64,000 nucleotides of DNA from a virus: IMG/VR virus record IMGVR_UViG_3300038595_000014; one strand, 5' to 3'. Below the pieces are notes generated by a model that saw only the letters and a list, made by a program, of their open reading frames with translations, did no database searches and was not told the origin of the DNA. The position numbers and the translations under genes were made by a program. This document shows positions 45,120-53,950 of the stretch, piece after piece. The first letter of the stretch is position 1; each line of letters begins with the position of its first letter.

Positions 45120-46271
45120 TTAGAGCTTGCCGAGTTTCGCCAGCTTTTCGTTGATTTCTCGGATCTCCATTTGCACCCGGTCAGACTTGTATTCTTCCTT
45201 GTCTGTCAGGATGAGACCCATCAACTCTTTCTTGCGATCCTCAAGACCTCGCATACCAGCGGCGGTATCGCCAGCATACATTGCCACGCCGCCCAGTTGG
45301 TCAACAGCAGGCCCAGCCAGAAGGCGCAACAGGTTAGCGTTGTCCATCAGATAAGACCCGTCAGCCATACGCGCAGACCGCAGTTCCTTCGCGCCATCAC
45401 CGCCAATCGTGTTATCCAGCAGCGCCCGGATAGCATTCAGGTTGCCATCGTATTCCTTGCCCCACTCATTGGTCAGGGATGCGACTGTTTCAGCCTGGGT
45501 TTCGTCGGCAGTCTGGTTCATCGCCTGCCGCTGGCTTTCGGCAAAGGACTCGTACCACTCAATAGTTTTCTGCGCATACTGAGGCGGCACATGGTTTTCA
45601 TGCATGAACTCGCGGTAGGTATCCAGAACCGGCGCGTCTGCATCGGAGGATTCAAAGCTTTCGCCAAACTCTACCTTATAATCAGATACGTCCTCTGGAA
45701 TGTTCAAGCGCTTGCGATATTCAGCCAGCTCTTCATCCGTGGGATTGTCTGGCAGTTCAGGTGCCATCTGGTTTTCTTTTTGCAGGCGGCTAATCTCTTG
45801 GCGTTGCTTTGCAAATGCATTGGCTAGGGCTTGTGCGGAACGGTAGCGTCCGAGAAGCTTCTGCAGCATCTCGTTATCACCAGCCATGAAGTCACGAATG
45901 TCGGTCCACTCTAGGGACGGCGCTGCTGCCTCTTCAGGTTCAGCTTCTTCCGCCTTTGATTCGGCTTCTTCCTCGGATACTTGTTCTTCCGTTTCAGCTT
46001 CCGGCTCCTTTTCAGGTTCAGCTTCAGTCGTATCTTCAAGTGTGCCGGTATCGTCGCCTGTGTCAACAACCTTATCAGCTTCAGCCGCTTCGGATTCTAC
46101 TGCCTCAGCTTCCGGCTCAGGCTCTGGTGCTTTCTGTGGTTGGTTCAGCAGGGATGCGCGCTCAGGTGCCGCCTCTGGTGCTGGGGCGGTTTCAGTGGAT
46201 ACAGGTGCTTCTGTCGAAACCTGTGCTTCTGCCTGCGGTGCGTCCGCTACTGCTTGTGTTGCTTCTGTCAT
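45120..46271 (-). CDS. Capsid scaffolding protein
   Basis: Very acidic Glu/Ala/Pro-rich N-terminus, EWGKEYD.N motif; between portal and capsid. Confidence 0.8.
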   Translation of the reverse strand: MTEATQAVADAPQAEAQVSTEAPVSTETAPAPEAAPERASLLNQPQKAPEPEPEAEAVESEAAEADKVVDTGDDTGTLEDTTEAEPEKEPEAETEEQVSEEEAESKAEEAEPEEAAAPSLEWTDIRDFMAGDNEMLQKLLGRYRSAQALANAFAKQRQEISRLQKENQMAPELPDNPTDEELAEYRKRLNIPEDVSDYKVEFGESFESSDADAPVLDTYREFMHENHVPPQYAQKTIEWYESFAESQRQAMNQTADETQAETVASLTNEWGKEYDGNLNAIRALLDNTIGGDGAKELRSARMADGSYLMDNANLLRLLAGPAVDQLGGVAMYAGDTAAGMRGLEDRKKELMGLILTDKEEYKSDRVQMEIREINEKLAKLGKL

Positions 46272-46296
46272 GTGTCTTACCTCAAACTAAAGAAAC

Positions 46297-46710
46297 TTAG
46301 GATTTTGATGATGGGAGTTTGTTGGCGGGTTTACGGCGTGGCCCTTTAATTTCGGGCTTGGGCGCAACGCTGGATCGTTCAGTTGTGATCCGCTGAATTG
46401 TCACGTCCGCAAAGTCGCTGTGGTGTAGGATCTGCGAACCAACATGCCGCATTCCTTGGCAGAAGTCGGATTCCCTACGTCCATCCTCGCCATCCAAATA
46501 AAAGCCATTGTCAGGCAGTCGGGCGATGCTATAAACGATTGCGTCAATAGCTTGCTTCTGCTGCTCTGGGTTTGCGATGCCCTTCCGACAATTGGCGATT
46601 GCCCGAACATCGGAAATGCTGAGTTGCCCCACAACGCGAACACGCACAGGGTCATCAACAACCGATACCGGCTCTGAAGGTCGTCTGAGAGTTGGTTTCT
46701 GTTTCGTCAT
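46297..46710 (-). CDS. Bbp19-like head-module protein
   Basis: DFCQGMRHVG motif; between portal and scaffold. Confidence 0.55.
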   Translation of the reverse strand: MTKQKPTLRRPSEPVSVVDDPVRVRVVGQLSISDVRAIANCRKGIANPEQQKQAIDAIVYSIARLPDNGFYLDGEDGRRESDFCQGMRHVGSQILHHSDFADVTIQRITTERSSVAPKPEIKGPRRKPANKLPSSKS

Positions 46711-46734
46711 ATTCACCCCTAAAACAAAATTGGG

Positions 46735-48426
46735 TTACTGGATTCCACCGCCCCCGGTGACTTGCTGGAGCTGCTGAGCCACGCCAACAGCTTCACTTGC
46801 GACTTGCGCGCCTTGCTGGAGCTGCTGAAGGGCCTGCTGCTGTTGTTGCAGTTGCGCTTCGTCCTGCTTGATCTTGTCCGCTTCCTCTTTGGTGAACAGC
46901 CATTCGGGGTTAGCTGTAACCTTGAAGGTGTCACGGAACATCCGGTCAACGTTCACATTAGCAACCACGCCAGGGTCAAGCTGTGCCATCGCCCCGATAA
47001 TCGCCATAGACTCCTCAAACTTGCCAACAACCTGCTGTTCCCGTGCATCCCTCAGAGGGTTCTGGAACTCAAAGCTGGTATCCATATCCTGCAAGATTTC
47101 AGGGAAGCTCTCAGCGGTGCCGTATGCGCCAAGTTTGATCAGGCGATTGACGACAAGATCCAGCTCAGGCGCGATGACCTCGTTTTCCAGAGGCTCAAAG
47201 ATTGGCAGGGTGCTACGGATGAACTCCTGCTGAAGAATCCGAACCTCTGTCGCTGTCCTGTTGCGGGTGTCAGGAAGGTTGATCTTGTCCAGATAGAAGC
47301 TGGATGTCAGATCTGCCACCTTGCGATCCATGAGCGCTTGCCCGACGCCGGGGTTCTTGCCCAGATCCAGAGGCACAAGAGGCGCGCCAAGTCGCTCATC
47401 GTACTGCGCGTCAACGTAAGTGACCCCGCCAGCAGTGACATCAATCGGGCCTTGGATAGCCTCAGACGTTGCAATCAGCGGCGGCTCAGTTGCCTTTTCC
47501 GTTGCCTCAATAATCGAGACAGCCATACGCTGAATGAGACGCGCGTCAGGCAGGGCAGTCATAGCAGCAGGGGAGTAGCCATAGGACCACCCCTGAACAG
47601 TGCGCCAGCGGGAAACGATATAGGGGAATACGGTCTCAGGCTCTTCTTTCAGAACCGTGCCATCTTCAAACAGATAGACCGATGCGAACTCTGTGCCTTT
47701 CGGGAAGCTCTTGCGCATAACCGGCTCATACTGGTCAACAGGCAAGGCCACGTGGCGAACATCAAACTTGTCGTTACGGTCTCCCCGCTTCAGCGCGCCC
47801 TTAACCGCACTTGGCAGGTTTCTCTCTCCGAATTTCTTCTCAATACCACCCGCTGTCATCTTCATCTTGCGGTGCAGGTGGTCAACAATACCCCAGTCAT
47901 TCTCCATCCAAGCGCAGTCTTTCAGGTGCCACGTCTTGAAGAAAATGCCGTTGTTGTCTTTGTTATTCGTTACGGATTTGACAGAGCAGCCGAATACCGC
48001 AAAGTCAATATCAGCCTCTGAGTTGGCCCGCGTGTATTTAGCGTCTGCCGCATAGATAGCCGCGCGGGTAATGCGGGTCATCGCGTCAAGTTTACGCCGT
48101 GCCTCAGTGTCGTTCTTCACCTCTTCGTCGGGAACGGTGACAGCAAACCAATCCTGGTCAGCAGGGCGCAACATAGTGTTAAACAGGTTGGCTAGGTCTC
48201 GTGCGACCCTGACAGTATCAGCGTCTGACAGGTGGTCTGCAAATTCCTCGCCAAGTGTGATTTCGTTGGTGAAGTCTGCCTTCTCTGGAGCAAACCAGTA
48301 TGCCAGTTCTTGATTCAACTGGTCGAAGTTTTGCTTGTCGGAAAACAGCTTGTCGCCGAGAGCGATCAATTCACTCCCGACCTTGCACGGATAGCCGCGT
48401 GTATGGTTCTCGTTATTGTCAGCCAT
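46735..48426 (-). CDS. Portal / head-to-tail connector (T7 gp8-like)
   Basis: 563 aa; PYIVSRW....GWSYGYSPA, TATEVRILQQE, FEFQNPL. Confidence 0.92.
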   Translation of the reverse strand: MADNNENHTRGYPCKVGSELIALGDKLFSDKQNFDQLNQELAYWFAPEKADFTNEITLGEEFADHLSDADTVRVARDLANLFNTMLRPADQDWFAVTVPDEEVKNDTEARRKLDAMTRITRAAIYAADAKYTRANSEADIDFAVFGCSVKSVTNNKDNNGIFFKTWHLKDCAWMENDWGIVDHLHRKMKMTAGGIEKKFGERNLPSAVKGALKRGDRNDKFDVRHVALPVDQYEPVMRKSFPKGTEFASVYLFEDGTVLKEEPETVFPYIVSRWRTVQGWSYGYSPAAMTALPDARLIQRMAVSIIEATEKATEPPLIATSEAIQGPIDVTAGGVTYVDAQYDERLGAPLVPLDLGKNPGVGQALMDRKVADLTSSFYLDKINLPDTRNRTATEVRILQQEFIRSTLPIFEPLENEVIAPELDLVVNRLIKLGAYGTAESFPEILQDMDTSFEFQNPLRDAREQQVVGKFEESMAIIGAMAQLDPGVVANVNVDRMFRDTFKVTANPEWLFTKEEADKIKQDEAQLQQQQQALQQLQQGAQVASEAVGVAQQLQQVTGGGGIQ

Positions 48427-48445
48427 TAGCAGCCCCGTGTGTTAA

Positions 48446-48631
48446 TCAGCCGAGAGTGGTTCGGCTAAACTCTGCGGCACCCTGAGACGGGCGATCTACA
48501 AGAGTTGTTTGGCGGGTTCCGCTCTGGGATACTGCCCGCTGTTGCGCGCGACGGCGAACCTTCTCAAGCTCTGCCTCATCCGGCAGCGGCGCGGGCTTGG
48601 GAGGTGGTGGAGTTTTGAAAAGACCAGACAT
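48446..48631 (-). CDS. Small virion protein upstream of the portal
   Basis: MSGLFKTPPPPKPAP...GTRQTTL, typical of podoviruses. Confidence 0.7.
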   Translation of the reverse strand: MSGLFKTPPPPKPAPLPDEAELEKVRRRAQQRAVSQSGTRQTTLVDRPSQGAAEFSRTTLG

Positions 48632-48728
48632 AAGATTTCCCGAATTTACTTGTCATGTTAAGTATTACCATAAAAAAAGGCCCCAATCCAGTGGAAAGGG
48701 GCTGTAAGTACATTAGAGGCAGTCAGGC

Positions 48729-49070
48729 TTAGTCGGTATGGCTTTCGTTAAGACCAAGAGCAGATAGGACGCGACGGGCGTAGTCTTTTTGAGCGGCGGC
48801 TTTGGCGGCTTCCTTTGTTTCGTGTTCAGATACTTGCTCCATGCCAACCAATACACCGCCAAGCATCCATTTGCCGTAGGCATTTTCATACATACGGTAT
48901 TCTGCATTGGCTGCAGATGTGGGATCTTTTGCGAACGTACCGTATTTGTCGGTGCACCATTCTAGATCCATGCTTTCAGCGATAACTGAGAGGATAGCGT
49001 CGGCGGCCTCGGATGGGTGATGATTGCGGTATTCTCTAATGGTTTGTTCTATTTTGTCACGTAGGTTCAT
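48729..49070 (-). CDS. Hypothetical protein
   Basis: Start reassigned to MNLRDK (GGAGG RBS). Confidence 0.6.
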   Translation of the reverse strand: MNLRDKIEQTIREYRNHHPSEAADAILSVIAESMDLEWCTDKYGTFAKDPTSAANAEYRMYENAYGKWMLGGVLVGMEQVSEHETKEAAKAAAQKDYARRVLSALGLNESHTD

Positions 49071-49074
49071 TTTG

Positions 49075-49479
49075 TTACCTCCACGGCGTGTCATTAGTGA
49101 AGAAGCAGTTGCCGCCGATACATCCGTCAAACTCATACTCACTTTCCCAGAATTGAGGCTTTCCCTCAGTCCGAAAGTGCGTTGACGTGATCTCCAGCCC
49201 ATTGCCTGACAGCGCGTCCTCTGCCACGGCAACCGCTGCGTCCCATGCCCATTCGTCAGGTGCGCCATTAGTCTTTGGCTTGGGCGCAGTCTTGTCAACG
49301 ATAGAGGCCCAAGGGAACTGATTATCCGCAAACACAACCCCGCAGGCTGTATCCGCATAGCGCTCATCCTCAACCCGGTTCTGAACAACAGCGACAACAG
49401 CCGCCATTGCGTCAGGGGTTTGGTAGTGTTCGCGTGACTCGAAGAAAGCCGCCAAGGCCAAACAGGTAAGAGGTGTCAT
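49075..49479 (-). CDS. Cell-wall hydrolase, SleB family
   Basis: CLALAAFFESR...AVVAVVQNRV...CGVVFADNQFPW...IGGNCFF. Confidence 0.85.
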   Translation of the reverse strand: MTPLTCLALAAFFESREHYQTPDAMAAVVAVVQNRVEDERYADTACGVVFADNQFPWASIVDKTAPKPKTNGAPDEWAWDAAVAVAEDALSGNGLEITSTHFRTEGKPQFWESEYEFDGCIGGNCFFTNDTPWR

Positions 49480-49973
49480 GCTCGCTCGCTTTCTCTGTGT
49501 GCAGTGCCGCCGAAGTTCATCAGATTGTAATAGTCGCGCAAGTACTGCTCGTTGTCAGTTTTCGTGATGTAGCAACCAAACCTAGCGCCACTCCGAAAGA
49601 AACGTTTATCTACCGTAGTGGTTTCTGACCACTTATAGCCAAACACCTCAAACTTATCCTCAAGGTACATTTGCACGGCGTTCATTCGCTGCTGACCGTC
49701 AATAAGAAGGTTGTTGTACTTGCTGCCGTATAGGCGATTGAAGGTGTAGGTGCCTACTGGCAATCCAAGCCAGAGGCTTTCAATCAGTCTGACGTTTTGA
49801 TCTTTTGTCCATACAAGCCCGCGCTGCCAGTCCGGAAGAAAATACCCCATGACGCTTCGCAGTCCCTGAGTATTTTCCTCTTCTTGATCCTCATAATGCA
49901 TCATTGCCTCGCCAATACATGCATCAAATCTATGACCTAGATCCATTGTTTTAGGCATCACGCGCTTGCTCAT
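49476..49973 (-). CDS. Stand-alone DUF262 (ParB/Srx-like) domain protein
   Basis: LPDWQRGLVW...LIESLWLGLPVG...LIDGQQRM. Confidence 0.8.
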   Translation of the reverse strand: MSKRVMPKTMDLGHRFDACIGEAMMHYEDQEEENTQGLRSVMGYFLPDWQRGLVWTKDQNVRLIESLWLGLPVGTYTFNRLYGSKYNNLLIDGQQRMNAVQMYLEDKFEVFGYKWSETTTVDKRFFRSGARFGCYITKTDNEQYLRDYYNLMNFGGTAHRESERA

Positions 49974-49997
49974 CTCATCTCTCCTTTTCCTGCATCC

Positions 49998-50025
49998 AAC
50001 ATACATCCTCAAGTGGTGGCGTCAA
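49998..50025 (-). promoter_or_regulatory. sigma70-type promoter for the DUF262-SleB unit
   Basis: TTGACG-N16-TATGTT, same geometry as the promoter at 12101-12128. Confidence 0.6.
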
Positions 50026-50028
50026 CAC

Positions 50029-52839
50029 TTATTTGCGACCTTTCCCGCGCAGTCTGTCCAATCGGTTGTTGCCCTTGCGTAGATTGGACGTGCCACCAAG
50101 GATGCGTTGGGGCTGATGTGCCGCCATCTGCTCCCGCATTTGTGCAACCCGTGGCTTCCTCAGTCCTACCGCGTGTGAGTAGTGCAGCATGATTGTGGTG
50201 TCTGCTTTGTCAGGGGACCGGCCAAGGCGTTCCTTGACTTTATCCTTCGGCTCTAGCTCAACCACCTGCTGCGCCACAGACGATGCGCCAGACTTCCATT
50301 CTTTGACACGGAAAGCACACAGTTCAACCAGCAATTCAGGATCTGGGGGGAGGGCAATATCATCGCCATTGTTCGGATCAAGCGCGTCACGCAGCGCCCA
50401 CAGTGCCTCAGCTTTGAAGTTGCGGAATTTGTACAGCCCGTTGCGAGAGGGTCGCGTTGACTTGGTGGATGATACAAAGCCGTAGCATTCAATCCCAGCC
50501 TCTGCCAGCTTGGTAAGGGCATCACCACCGTAACCGCCACCAGCATCGACAACCACCCGGCACTGTCCTTTGACCTGCTTCATGATCTCAGAAGCGGCTG
50601 TCATTCCGTCTGGGGTTTGCGATCCTGGAACAGTGTGGAAATGTCCGAACCATGCCCCGTGCCGTGCTTGTACAACAGTCCTATCTGCACCGCCCTGTGC
50701 GATGTCAGAGGCAACGGCAGTCATCGGAATATCGTCAGGCGGAGTGTCGATCCACCGGGCCTGTGCCAAGCGTACCCACTCGGAGGGGATGACTTGTTTC
50801 TCATCGTCTTCTTGGTCTGCGGTAAAGTCGCCATACAGCAGCTGGGAACGCAGAGGCTCAGGCAACGCCATGACGCGCGCCTTGTAGCCCTTGTCATTGG
50901 CTAGGTACGGATTGTCAGCAACAAGAGACGGGATGAATGTTCGGCTCATGGCAATATACGGCTCACCGTCTACGATATGCTCACCGGGGCCATCAACCCA
51001 AACCGTCTTGCCCCTTACGATAATAGACCACCGCAGTTCACCCGGTTGTGCGCGCTGCGTCCGCTCCGCCTTGATCCACGGGTCAAACTCTTCTAACAGC
51101 CATTGCCCGTCACCACCTCGCGGCGGGTTGGTGCCTAGGATAATTCGGCATCGTTGGTCTGGTCGAGTAGTACGAAGCCAAGCAAACAGGGAGAACACCT
51201 GCTCTTTTAGGAACTCGCCAGCCTCATCAAACGCCATATAGTCCCGCGCGTTACCGGCGTGTTTTCGCCAGTCGTCGGCTTGCTGAAGGCCCGCAAACTT
51301 TAGGCTTTTCCCATCCCCCCATGTCCAAAGCTTCTCGACTTTGTTGTAACTTGCATCGGGAATTTTTTCAAAGACCTCATGAGAGAACGCAATCAGACCA
51401 TCAAGCTGCGTGGCTTCACGGCGGAAGATGATGCCAGTGTGATGATACAGGGACGGACACCCGACCTCAAGCGCACTATTGTGAGTGACGATGAAGCTAT
51501 CGCCCAAGCAATAACTGTGATCAGCGTTATCAACTTGGATACACTGCATAGGGACAGGCTCAACCGGCTGCACGTCTGCGATGTACCGGCGCAAAACGTA
51601 CTCAGGTTTCGGCGTCAGGTTCTGCAACTTCGCCTTCCTCGGCAGGTTAAAAACCCTCTTGTCAGTGTTGAATTTCAGTCTGTAGTGATCATTGTGTCTG
51701 CTGTTCTTTTTGCTCAGCTCTTTCACTTTGATCGTGCTTTTAATTCCAAGCGTTCCAAGAAGTCTGTGGACATCCTCAATAAGATCCTTGTCTGAAAAGG
51801 ACACCTCACAATCACCTCTGCCACGGCAGGCGGTTCCGTCTGTATCCATAAGCCCGCGAAGCAAGTTGAGCCTCTGCTCATGCGAAGAGCTGAAATATAC
51901 TTCCGGGATTCTCTTTATGACGAACTCGTTTTCTGACTTACTCCAATCTGTCTCCAGCAAACGGAACAGATCTTTCCCTAAGTCTTTAGAATGCGCGGCC
52001 AGCATTTTCCTTCCTGGACGTTTCATCTCCTTGTATGAAAAGTCATAGACGTCTAGGTATGGCTTAAGCACTTGCAAGTCGTCATCCAGCATGGCGATTC
52101 TAGAGTGGTATTTATCACCATCTCCGAGCCAGATGCCAAACACATATGGATCAATTGGCAAGTCAGCGCTTGGAAGCTGAATAGGCTTCATCACTTGAAC
52201 GCTATGATTTTTCTCACCCCTTTTAGACGTAAGGGTTTCAAAAATCTCTTGCGTGGTTCGCGCCGATGGCCTTGGAGGCTCACTGTAGTTATATTTCCTC
52301 AGTGAGTTATTTTTCTTTGTAGTGTCGCTTTGCAACTTCCCCTTTGATGGGTTGGACTTCGCACGGCTCGGGCGGCTAGCCTTTCTAGCTTCCCTAAACT
52401 CAGGAGTTTTTCTAGATGCGCTTTTGCGCTCTGCGCTGGTCATTGTGATCCACTCGTGGCGAGCATCACAAATGAAGCTTTCACCCGTGTTGAATGTAAC
52501 ACGATATGCAACGTCTGGGGTGAACACCTCAGATTTAGCAACGACATTTGTTGGAAGCCCATCCGAGCCAAACACCACGTCACCGACCTTCAAAGTCTCC
52601 ATGGTTTGCGGGCCTCGATTCGCTGTGTTGATTTTTGTGTTTAAAATCAAGGCCTTGCCGCCACCACTACCCCCGCCAAAGAGGAGAATATCCGCCTCAC
52701 TCAGCAACGCATCTGTCTGCGCTCCGGGGTTTGGGATAAACGGCGCTGTTCCGATAGCTGCGTCTACCGTCTCCTCAAGCTCTTTTCTGGCTTCGGGCGG
52801 CATTGCGTCGAGGATTTTCAGGAGTTCATCAATATCCAT
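50029..52839 (-). CDS. terL: Terminase large subunit, interrupted by an intein
   Basis: PNPGAQT, Walker A GGSGGGK|S, MAFDEA (Walker B), TNPP, nuclease ASDIAQGGAD and SPDKADT. Start could instead be 52878. Confidence 0.92.
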   Translation of the reverse strand: MDIDELLKILDAMPPEARKELEETVDAAIGTAPFIPNPGAQTDALLSEADILLFGGGSGGGKALILNTKINTANRGPQTMETLKVGDVVFGSDGLPTNVVAKSEVFTPDVAYRVTFNTGESFICDARHEWITMTSAERKSASRKTPEFREARKASRPSRAKSNPSKGKLQSDTTKKNNSLRKYNYSEPPRPSARTTQEIFETLTSKRGEKNHSVQVMKPIQLPSADLPIDPYVFGIWLGDGDKYHSRIAMLDDDLQVLKPYLDVYDFSYKEMKRPGRKMLAAHSKDLGKDLFRLLETDWSKSENEFVIKRIPEVYFSSSHEQRLNLLRGLMDTDGTACRGRGDCEVSFSDKDLIEDVHRLLGTLGIKSTIKVKELSKKNSRHNDHYRLKFNTDKRVFNLPRKAKLQNLTPKPEYVLRRYIADVQPVEPVPMQCIQVDNADHSYCLGDSFIVTHNSALEVGCPSLYHHTGIIFRREATQLDGLIAFSHEVFEKIPDASYNKVEKLWTWGDGKSLKFAGLQQADDWRKHAGNARDYMAFDEAGEFLKEQVFSLFAWLRTTRPDQRCRIILGTNPPRGGDGQWLLEEFDPWIKAERTQRAQPGELRWSIIVRGKTVWVDGPGEHIVDGEPYIAMSRTFIPSLVADNPYLANDKGYKARVMALPEPLRSQLLYGDFTADQEDDEKQVIPSEWVRLAQARWIDTPPDDIPMTAVASDIAQGGADRTVVQARHGAWFGHFHTVPGSQTPDGMTAASEIMKQVKGQCRVVVDAGGGYGGDALTKLAEAGIECYGFVSSTKSTRPSRNGLYKFRNFKAEALWALRDALDPNNGDDIALPPDPELLVELCAFRVKEWKSGASSVAQQVVELEPKDKVKERLGRSPDKADTTIMLHYSHAVGLRKPRVAQMREQMAAHQPQRILGGTSNLRKGNNRLDRLRGKGRK
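51478..52653 (-). mobile_element. Class 3 intein (392 aa, Ala1) with LAGLIDADG endonuclease
   Basis: Starts ALILNT and ends IVTHN|S; WCT signature (RHEW, MQCIQV, VTHN); endonuclease motifs FGIWLGDG and LRGLMDTDG. Confidence 0.88.
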
Positions 52840-52901
52840 GTAGGGCCTGCAAACAAAGAAATAGGTTGCTTGGACCATACCAGATATTGTTGTGGATGTT
52901 A

Positions 52902-52937
52902 AGAGAAAGCCCGGACCATTAGCCGCCAGGGTCCGGG
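52902..52937 (-). terminator. Intrinsic terminator
   Basis: CCCGGACC/GGTCCGGG 8-bp stem followed by CTTTCTCTT. Confidence 0.7.
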
Positions 52938-53032
52938 TACTGGCATCATCAAGCCTGCGGAGAGGAGAGGAGGAGAGACGCAGGCGATAGCTATGAAGTT
53001 ACAATAGGTGTTTGTCAGGTCGAGTGCAACAC

Positions 53033-53188
53033 CTATTTGATCCGCGCACTTCCCCAAACGCTTGCAGCCGTACTGGCTAGGAGGCCGGACTTAACGCTAG
53101 GCCATTGCAGCCAGTCTGGCAGCTTCAGGATGAGCGGCTTGGCGTTGGGTTTCATGTGGTATTTAATTCTGTCTTCTGTCGTAACCAT
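53033..53188 (-). CDS. Hypothetical protein (51 aa)
   Basis: Read manually; starts 4 nt after the MTase stop. Confidence 0.45.
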   Translation of the reverse strand: MVTTEDRIKYHMKPNAKPLILKLPDWLQWPSVKSGLLASTAASVWGSARIK

Positions 53189-53191
53189 TGA

Positions 53192-53674
53192 TTATTTCTC
53201 CAGTGATGTAAAAACTGCGCCTAGACTTTTAGCTTTCATTAGCGCCAATTTCGCTTTGTATCCCGCTGCTAGTAGTGTTGTTCCCGTTCCAGGTGATTGA
53301 CCAACAGATCCGTCTGGTCGTTCAAACTTTATCTTTGGAGACATAAACAAGACTGCATCTGCCATCGGTGCAAACTCCTGCCACCACGGCGCTGATGTTC
53401 GATCAGGGAGCAAGGCAATGCCGTTGCCGTGATCAAAAAACTTGCTCAGCCAAAGCCGCTTGGTGGACTGGTGTCCAAATGGAGGGTTCATCCAGACAAA
53501 GCCGGTCCATTCCCGTTCCAACGATTTCTCCGAATAAAAGGAGTTGGCCGGGACGTACCGTGGCCCTTCGGGTGGACTGGCAACATCCAGATCAAAACGC
53601 ACACCTAGCGCATGAAAGATATATGCCGGGGTGTACCATTCGTCGCTTTCTCCTGCTTTCTCATATGCTGCCAT
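53192..53674 (-). CDS. Phage DNA N6-adenine methyltransferase
   Basis: DEWYTP, FDLDVAS, VWMNPPFG. Confidence 0.88.
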   Translation of the reverse strand: MAAYEKAGESDEWYTPAYIFHALGVRFDLDVASPPEGPRYVPANSFYSEKSLEREWTGFVWMNPPFGHQSTKRLWLSKFFDHGNGIALLPDRTSAPWWQEFAPMADAVLFMSPKIKFERPDGSVGQSPGTGTTLLAAGYKAKLALMKAKSLGAVFTSLEK

Positions 53675-53686
53675 ATTTAAAGACCT

Positions 53687-53950
53687 TCATTCACCCAGCC
53701 CCTCTTTAGCAACAGCCACCATCCGTTTCCCGATGTGCGCCATGTTTGGTGTTTCCATTGCAACGATCTCGCGCAGTTTATTATGCGCCGCTGCAGCCAC
53801 TTCCCAGCCCTTAGACGACTCGCGTGCACTTGCCACGTAGTCAGCTTTTGTCTGCAGGTACAACTTTTGCCACTCTTCGGACAGACGGAAAGCTCGTGAC
53901 AATTCCCCGCCGCTAATCACGTCCACTAGTTTCTCTCGAAATGTCATCAC
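53687..53950 (-). CDS. Hypothetical protein
   Basis: 87 aa, coupled ORF. Confidence 0.6.
   Translation of the reverse strand: MMTFREKLVDVISGGELSRAFRLSEEWQKLYLQTKADYVASARESSKGWEVAAAAHNKLREIVAMETPNMAHIGKRMVAVAKEGLGE

Noticed and set aside
48713-49397. ORF-track calls 48713-48907 and the long N-terminal extension of 48729-49397
   Set aside because: They overlap the SleB gene or the real ORF; the RBS supports a start at 49070.
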